From Adineta vaga (taxonomy: Eukaryota > Animalia > Rotifera): a DNA stretch of 64,000 nt. The notes under the pieces are model-generated. The model had not been told where the DNA came from and searched no databases. It saw only the letters and a program-made list of their open reading frames with translations. Numbering within the stretch: position 1 is the stretch's first letter; every line of letters starts with the position of its first letter. This document shows positions 57,924-64,000 of the stretch, piece after piece. The translations under genes and the position numbers were made by a program. Where the stretch lies: contig CP075494.1 in the NCBI GenBank assembly GCA_021613535.1, positions 7,626,001 to 7,690,000 on the forward strand. The letters run 5' to 3'.

Positions 57924-60900
57924 TCAGAAAGATCTATTAATAGAAATATTGACAATATTTGGAACGATAGGCAATGATGACATAGAAGATTTCTTTCCTG
58001 ATTTGAATTGAGTAACGGATTGTTTGACTATGATTTTATCACCATATGTTTCAGATAATTGTTCGAATGTATTGATGAGATTATCATCACCAATGGTTAG
58101 ACAGAGAGAGATGAGTTGTTGTTCAAGTTTTTTATTGGTTTCATGTTGTACACGGATATCAATATCTTCTTCTTTAATCGTTTGTTCATAACGTTTGATC
58201 TAAGATAAACAAACTGAAGGGAAATCATTTTATTGTAACAAATACGAACTAATTGATCAGCTCGAACTGTTTTGATTCGATATTGTTCGATTTCATTTTC
58301 AAGTTTGATCAATATTTGACGTTTGCCTTCATTTACGATATTATTTCGTTCAATTTCATTCGATAATTCAGTAGGATTGATCTACATTCAATAAAAACTT
58401 ATTTCATAGAGCAAATCTCGATAATTTACCGCTTTATTCTTGTCGATTAAATCTTTCAAACGTTTCCGACGAATTTTCACTTGTTCAGTTGCAGCTCGAA
58501 GATGTTCTTCAAGTTCTTTCATTTCACATATTTCTTCACCTAAAATCATATTCAGTTCGATTCTTAAGCAATTCATCTTCATTCAAACTTGATTCTTTCA
58601 ACTTTTCGAAAGTCTTTTTCACATCTGAATTCTTCCAGTTCAAAATCTGTACTGTATTTTCTAGAGCACGTAATTCAGTTTCAGCTTTAATCACCAATGC
58701 TTCTAATTGATCACCTTGCTTTAATAAATCTTCTTTCATTTGAGCAGACTACAATAAACATAACAACAATGTTTGTTTTTAAAAATCAACTCATCTACTT
58801 TAATCACATGTTGAGCTTGAATAAAAATATTGTCGTCATTAGACTTCTCAGCATTTCCCATTACAGCAAAACTTTCGTACCGTTGTTTTAATTTCGTTAT
58901 TTTTGTAACACGCATAGCAAATTCAGTCGATAGAACAGCTTTCTTTGTTCGTTCATCATTATATCGCATACGGAATAGATGTGTGTTTGCTTGAACTTCC
59001 ATACGACGTTCTTTTATTGCCTATATATTGAGTTATAAACGAGTCATATCGTACTATACCTATTGCAATACTTACTTTTTGTATTTCAATTCTCTGTTGT
59101 TCTAAATTAGAATTGGTTCCACTTGAATCATGTAGATTATTTTTCAAACGTTTTAATTCTACATGAAGAAGATTTACTTCAACTAGATAATCCTAGAAAA
59201 GAAGAGTTGAGCACAGAGTTTATATCAGACTAAATTTCTTTACTTCTTTTTCAGTATTTAGTTTTTGAATCATTTTTTCACTTAAATTTATATAAAGATC
59301 AAACTGAAGAAATTTTTCATTCGAATCATTCTTTTCTTCATTCAATTGATTAAAATCACGTTTGATTATTCGTAATTCTTCTTGAAGAATTTTCATTTGA
59401 TTTGCTAGTTGAATATGTTGAGCTTTTTTCTTTTGAAATTCATTTTGTAATTGACGTATTTTTAATTCTGATTCCGACGTTTTTTCATTACTTTTTTCAC
59501 CCAATAATCTATTTAAACGACGATCAACCGTTTGTTTGAGAAAATCTTGATGGTAGATTAATTCTTGTTGTTTGAATAATTGTTGATCGAGTTTCTGAAT
59601 TTGATTTTTGCTATTATGAAGTTGATTTCGATGGATCTGGTTATCAATATCGACTTGTTTTTCACGTTTACATATTGAAGATACTTCATTATTTAATAAG
59701 AAAAAAGTTTCTGAAAGTTTCTTATATTGACTATTGAGATTGTTCTGATATTTTTGTTCGTTTTCCATGGATTTTTCAAGTTTTGATAGTTTGTCTTGAA
59801 TGGTTATGTTTTCATTGAGAATGAATCGTTTACGATCAAGAATCTGTTCATGATGTTGTTTGAATTTAGCCAGTCTGAGATATGAAAGAACGTTTGAATT
59901 AGTGGAAAGAATGAAATTTTTACTGTTGTGCTTTAGAAGAAATATTCATTTTCAATTCATTGAATGCAGCACGTTCACGTTGTAATTGATGATCAGTATT
60001 GAAAAGAACAGTTCTCACGGAGAGAATCTATTCAAAAATTGAATTCCTTGAAATGTTAAAGATTCACTTACATTTGTTTCTAAATATTGATGTTTCTCAA
60101 TCGAAGTCTTTTGTTTAATTTTTAGTTTCTTAAGATTTTGTTTAGCTAAATCGATTAGTTTCTCGGTAATTTCATTATTTTTCTGTTCACGTTCGTAGAA
60201 AACTTTCTGTTCATTGAATGCTTGTTCATTTGAACGAAATTTTATTTTAATTTGAATCAATTCCTAAACACATTCAACTTCAGATTTATCTCAGTAGGTC
60301 ATTAAACTTACATGAGCAAGTTTATCGATATCATTATCTTTTCGCTGCATTTGTGTTAGAATTGTTTCCCATTGTTTGATCAATTGTTGACGTTGATAAT
60401 GAGAACGACGAAATCCTTCCGCTATTTTATCTAATTCAACTTCTAGACTCGAATATTCAAGTCTTTCTTCTTCTGTAGCTCGTTTTAATTTAATTGATTT
60501 TTCAGATAATCGTTCTAATTCATTTGTTAATTCCTATCGAAGAAAAGTTCGTATATACATAATCAATCACAGCGTTTCTTACTCTGATTCGAGTATTATC
60601 TTCTTGGGTATATTTGATAAAACAGAACGCTTCTTCGTCATGTTCTTTCATCATTTCAATTAATTTTTCTAATGCTTCTTTTTCATTCATTGTCTCCTTA
60701 TTAATCCGCATTATTTCTGCATTCAAATGGTTTATTTCCGACTAGTAGAAATAGATGAAATTCTTGCTATCTATATCAAATCTAGTTCACTTCGAAGGAT
60801 GTTTTTCGCTTTGTGAATTTCATCAATTGGTAATCTAGATTTGTATTCATTCGTTCAAGACGTTGTATTTCCGCAAGATCAATATCAAAATGTAATTGTT

Positions 60901-61240
60901 CAGTCGTTTCTTCCATTCGACGTGCTGTTAATAGTCTCTATGAAAAAAAAACGAAAATAATAAAACAGACTTGAATTTGAGTACATATATTTTTATAAAC
61001 TTGAATCGTTTGAATTTCATCTTGAACTATTTTATGATGATCTTCAAGTAATTGAATTCGATCAATATTTTCATCAATATCTAATTGTTTTGATGCGAGT
61101 TCTTTTACTTTTGCTTCCACGTTTTCTTCTAATAATCGATTGTCATCGTTACTTAATGCAGCTGGAATACGAGCATCAATGTATTCACCATCAAAGAAAT
61201 CTCGATTGCGAAACCAGTTTGATATATTTTGAAAGTCCAT
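57924..61240 (-). CDS. CCDC39: Coiled-coil domain-containing protein 39 (motile cilia axonemal ruler), multi-exon
   Basis: Long coiled coil; IP...NDDNRLLEE N-terminus, ELDKIAEGFRRSHYQRQQLIKQWETILTQMQRKD, QELIYHQDF, EDLLKQGDQLEALVIKAETELRALENT resemble CCDC39; TGA at 57924-57926. Confidence 0.85.
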
Positions 61241-61583
61241 GTTTAGAATCTTACTTGTAATCTATGTTAAGGCGCCTAGTTATTATAAATAATTAGTCTG
61301 TGTGTGTGTCTAATAAGAACAATGTTAAAGGATTTGAAAAATAACTTTCTACTTGACATGAATAGAAGTACTTCAAGTTTAGGGATGTCAACAAACTAGA
61401 TAAAGGTTAGAGAGAGAGAAAGAGAAAAAAAGTAATTATATCCATTTAATCACGTATAGAAAACATTCTATATAATATAGAAATAGAAATAAGAGATTTT
61501 ATAAGGTTGTTTTTTTGTGAATATTTTTCTCTTAAACGTCGAGAACAAAGTTACAGATTACTCGTACCTCTTGATTATTAAAT

Positions 61584-61851
61584 ATGGCGGTAAAATTAGA
61601 ATACGGTCCTAATAATTTGGCATTTTATACAACTTGGTGGTTAAATTCAAAACCATCAGATTTATCTCATATAAATATATCATCATCTCAACTTTGTGAC
61701 AAACCAAATGATGAATGTATTGTTTTTCCGCAGGTAGTTTTTAGTTGAATAATAAATCTGTTTCGTACATTTGTCATTTTAGATCGTGGATGAAGTAGAA
61801 TCACAAGTCGATTGTTGTCTTCCATTTGCAAAATTCCTTCCAAAACGATGA
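61584..61851 (+). CDS. Putative two-exon 72-aa orphan protein (exons 61584-61733, 61783-61851)
   Basis: ATG, 50 open codons, 49-nt GT..AG intron in phase 0, second exon IVDEVESQVDCCLPFAKFLPKR*; divergent from CCDC39. Confidence 0.4.
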
Positions 61852-62619
61852 ACTTCTAGAATTCATCGAGTAAAACAAAATTATACGGACTGGTATTACT
61901 TCTGCTTCGTGTATTTATCCTATTATATTGACAAACATAAAAAAGTGATGAAAAACATTCGTTGTTTTTCTTAGCATCTAGCGAATATCTTGTTAAATTC
62001 ATCATCTTTTTAAAATATATTACTATAGTGAAACATTATCGATGAGAGTGGGTGTGATTGTAGATACAGAAGAATACTTATACATCCACATTCTCTTACA
62101 TATACCTCATCACTATTCTTAACCTTTTAAGCAATTTTATCGATCGATTCATTCAAATCAGTTTGAGACCAAGATAGCACTACATATCTATTATTTATGA
62201 ACTATATAGCTAATTGAACATGTATGTATCACAGTCAATTACAATGTTCTTTCGTCATTAATCCAATTAAGACTCCTCGCTTCTAATTTTAAGTATCATA
62301 CTCAGTCATGGTATTCTCGAGTACTTAAGTGAAATCTGTGAACATAAATTCACTTGGTTATACATTTTGCACAGAGAAACTGTTGAGAAAATTAAAAAGA
62401 ATAAAAAAATCAAGAAAAATCTATGTTGTAAACTACTTCAACATCCATCAGATAAAAATAAATCTCTTTCGATTATTTTTGTTTCGCATTTGGCACTCGA
62501 ATTCTCGATCGATTCCTTTTGTTCAAAGTAAAAGGAAATTGTATAAGAGAACATTCAAGAAGCTCTATTCTAAAGTCCTCTCACTATTAACAAAAAGCAA
62601 ACGTAACCTGCCAATATTC

Positions 62620-64000
62620 GCCAGAAAGATTGAGACGACAGATTTTACTTCACAAGGAACAGCTGAATCTCAATCTAGTGATTTGCAAAAAGTGCAGAAT
62701 GTTGTTTTGATCTGATTAGATAGTAGTATTGACAATAACAACGAAGTTCATCAAAACAAAATTACACAACTTCGATCTATGGTTAACGAGATTCATATAT
62801 TCACCGATAATGATCAATGCGTTGTACACACGAAATTTCTCAGCTTGATTCTATTTTTATTTTTTTGTGGTGATAAGCAATGGCACGAACACTGGATTGC
62901 TAAATGAACGAAAATAAAGGGCACTCACACAGGAATTATATCCATATGCGAGGCTGTGAAAGAAATGCTAGTTCCATGAGTTTCGCGACATCTGGTAAAA
63001 ACTTGGATCAATTAGAATCATCGTTTATGTATACACAACTGATAAAAGAAATATGATTAACTATCGAATCGGATGATAAACATATTTAACAATATTTTGC
63101 CTATTGTCGTAATCTATTTGATGATAATGAAAAACAAATGAAAACGATCGACCGAGATTATTATTCTCAGCGACCTAATTTTTGGTACAGTTTCATTACT
63201 TTTCTATATACCATGCTCAATCAATCTTTACGAATGAGATTTTTACTGTCTAACGTGGACGAGGATTATCGAAAGCAGACTTTGAACGAATGGTACATGC
63301 TAAAGGTAGTTTAATCTCTTTCAATAACTTTCTATCAATCAACAGGAATTATAATGTCTCTTCTGCTTTTGTACTGAGTAGTGCAGGTAATCCTGATTTG
63401 GTGGGAGTTCTATTTGTTATGAAAATTAATTCAAGCGAAACAACAACATCATTCGTCTCCGTCAACTCTTTTAGTCATTTCTAAGGTGAAGATGATATTC
63501 TCTTTTCCTCAAAATATTCAGCACATGAGTGATGATAATTTACTGTATCAGATTCATTTGTCACTTACCATGGACAATGATCCAGAGCTACTTACTCTTA
63601 CGAATCACCTGAACGAAGAGAATCTTTCAAACCATGAAGGATGATTTAGATTATGTAGTAAACTCATGCAAATAGGTAACTATCGCAAGGACGAAGAGAT
63701 TTATCAAGTTATCCTACATTAAGTAATAGATGAGTTTCGCAGAGCGTATATATATAATAATCTTTGATTCATTAGACATCAACCACGGGAATACTTCAAA
63801 GCAATCACATTTTTAATAAATCACTTGCCATCAACGAAAACAAGACTTCTATTTCATCATCCCATTTTAGCTATTTCGTACAGTAACATCGGTGGTGTGC
63901 ATCTTGGCATGGATGATTATCAGCAAGCATTATCGTCATAAGAAAAAGCTCTTGCGATTCAATGGCAATCTCTTCCTTCGAATCATCTTGATCAGCTACA
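62620..64000 (+). pseudogene. Decayed ADP-ribosyltransferase-TPR family gene (runs off window end)
   Basis: Fragments VQNVVLI*LDSSID, ITQLRSMVNEIHIFTDNDQC, DQLESSFMYTQLIKEI, GSLISFNNFLS, NPDLVGVLFVMKIN, F*GEDDILFS, TPR LAISYSNIGGVH...ALSS*EKALAIQ..SLPSNH; many stops and frameshifts. Confidence 0.8.

Overview
AT-rich, gene-dense eukaryotic DNA with many ~50-60 nt GT-AG introns, metazoan housekeeping genes, an intronless bacterial-type gene and an ART-TPR family relic. This combination is most consistent with a bdelloid rotifer genome (inference). About 20 loci, in order: RAD51 (3' part), an intronless GPCR, SF1/BBP, a multiply disabled cellular RdRP pseudogene followed by a ~100-bp inverted repeat, Dishevelled (with an exon-1 frameshift), an LRR-Ig membrane protein, NAA60, an NCKX/SLC24 exchanger, TOM70 head-to-head with ACADM, a ninjurin missed by the ORF track, SMARCB1/SNF5, a bacterial-type methylglyoxal synthase (mgsA; likely HGT), CLASP, a Wamide neuropeptide precursor, dihydropyrimidinase/CRMP with an antisense gene nested in an intron, PCYT1, a GT10 fucosyltransferase, CCDC39, a small orphan two-exon ORF and a decayed ART-TPR gene. 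Most notable: the intact mgsA embedded among metazoan genes, the RdRP pseudogene plus coding-like inverted repeat (possible hairpin/siRNA source), the nested membrane microprotein, alternative terminal exons in ninjurin and Dishevelled, and a recurring ATTGGT-n-CCAAT promoter arrangement. Exon boundaries were read by eye; no database searches were run.
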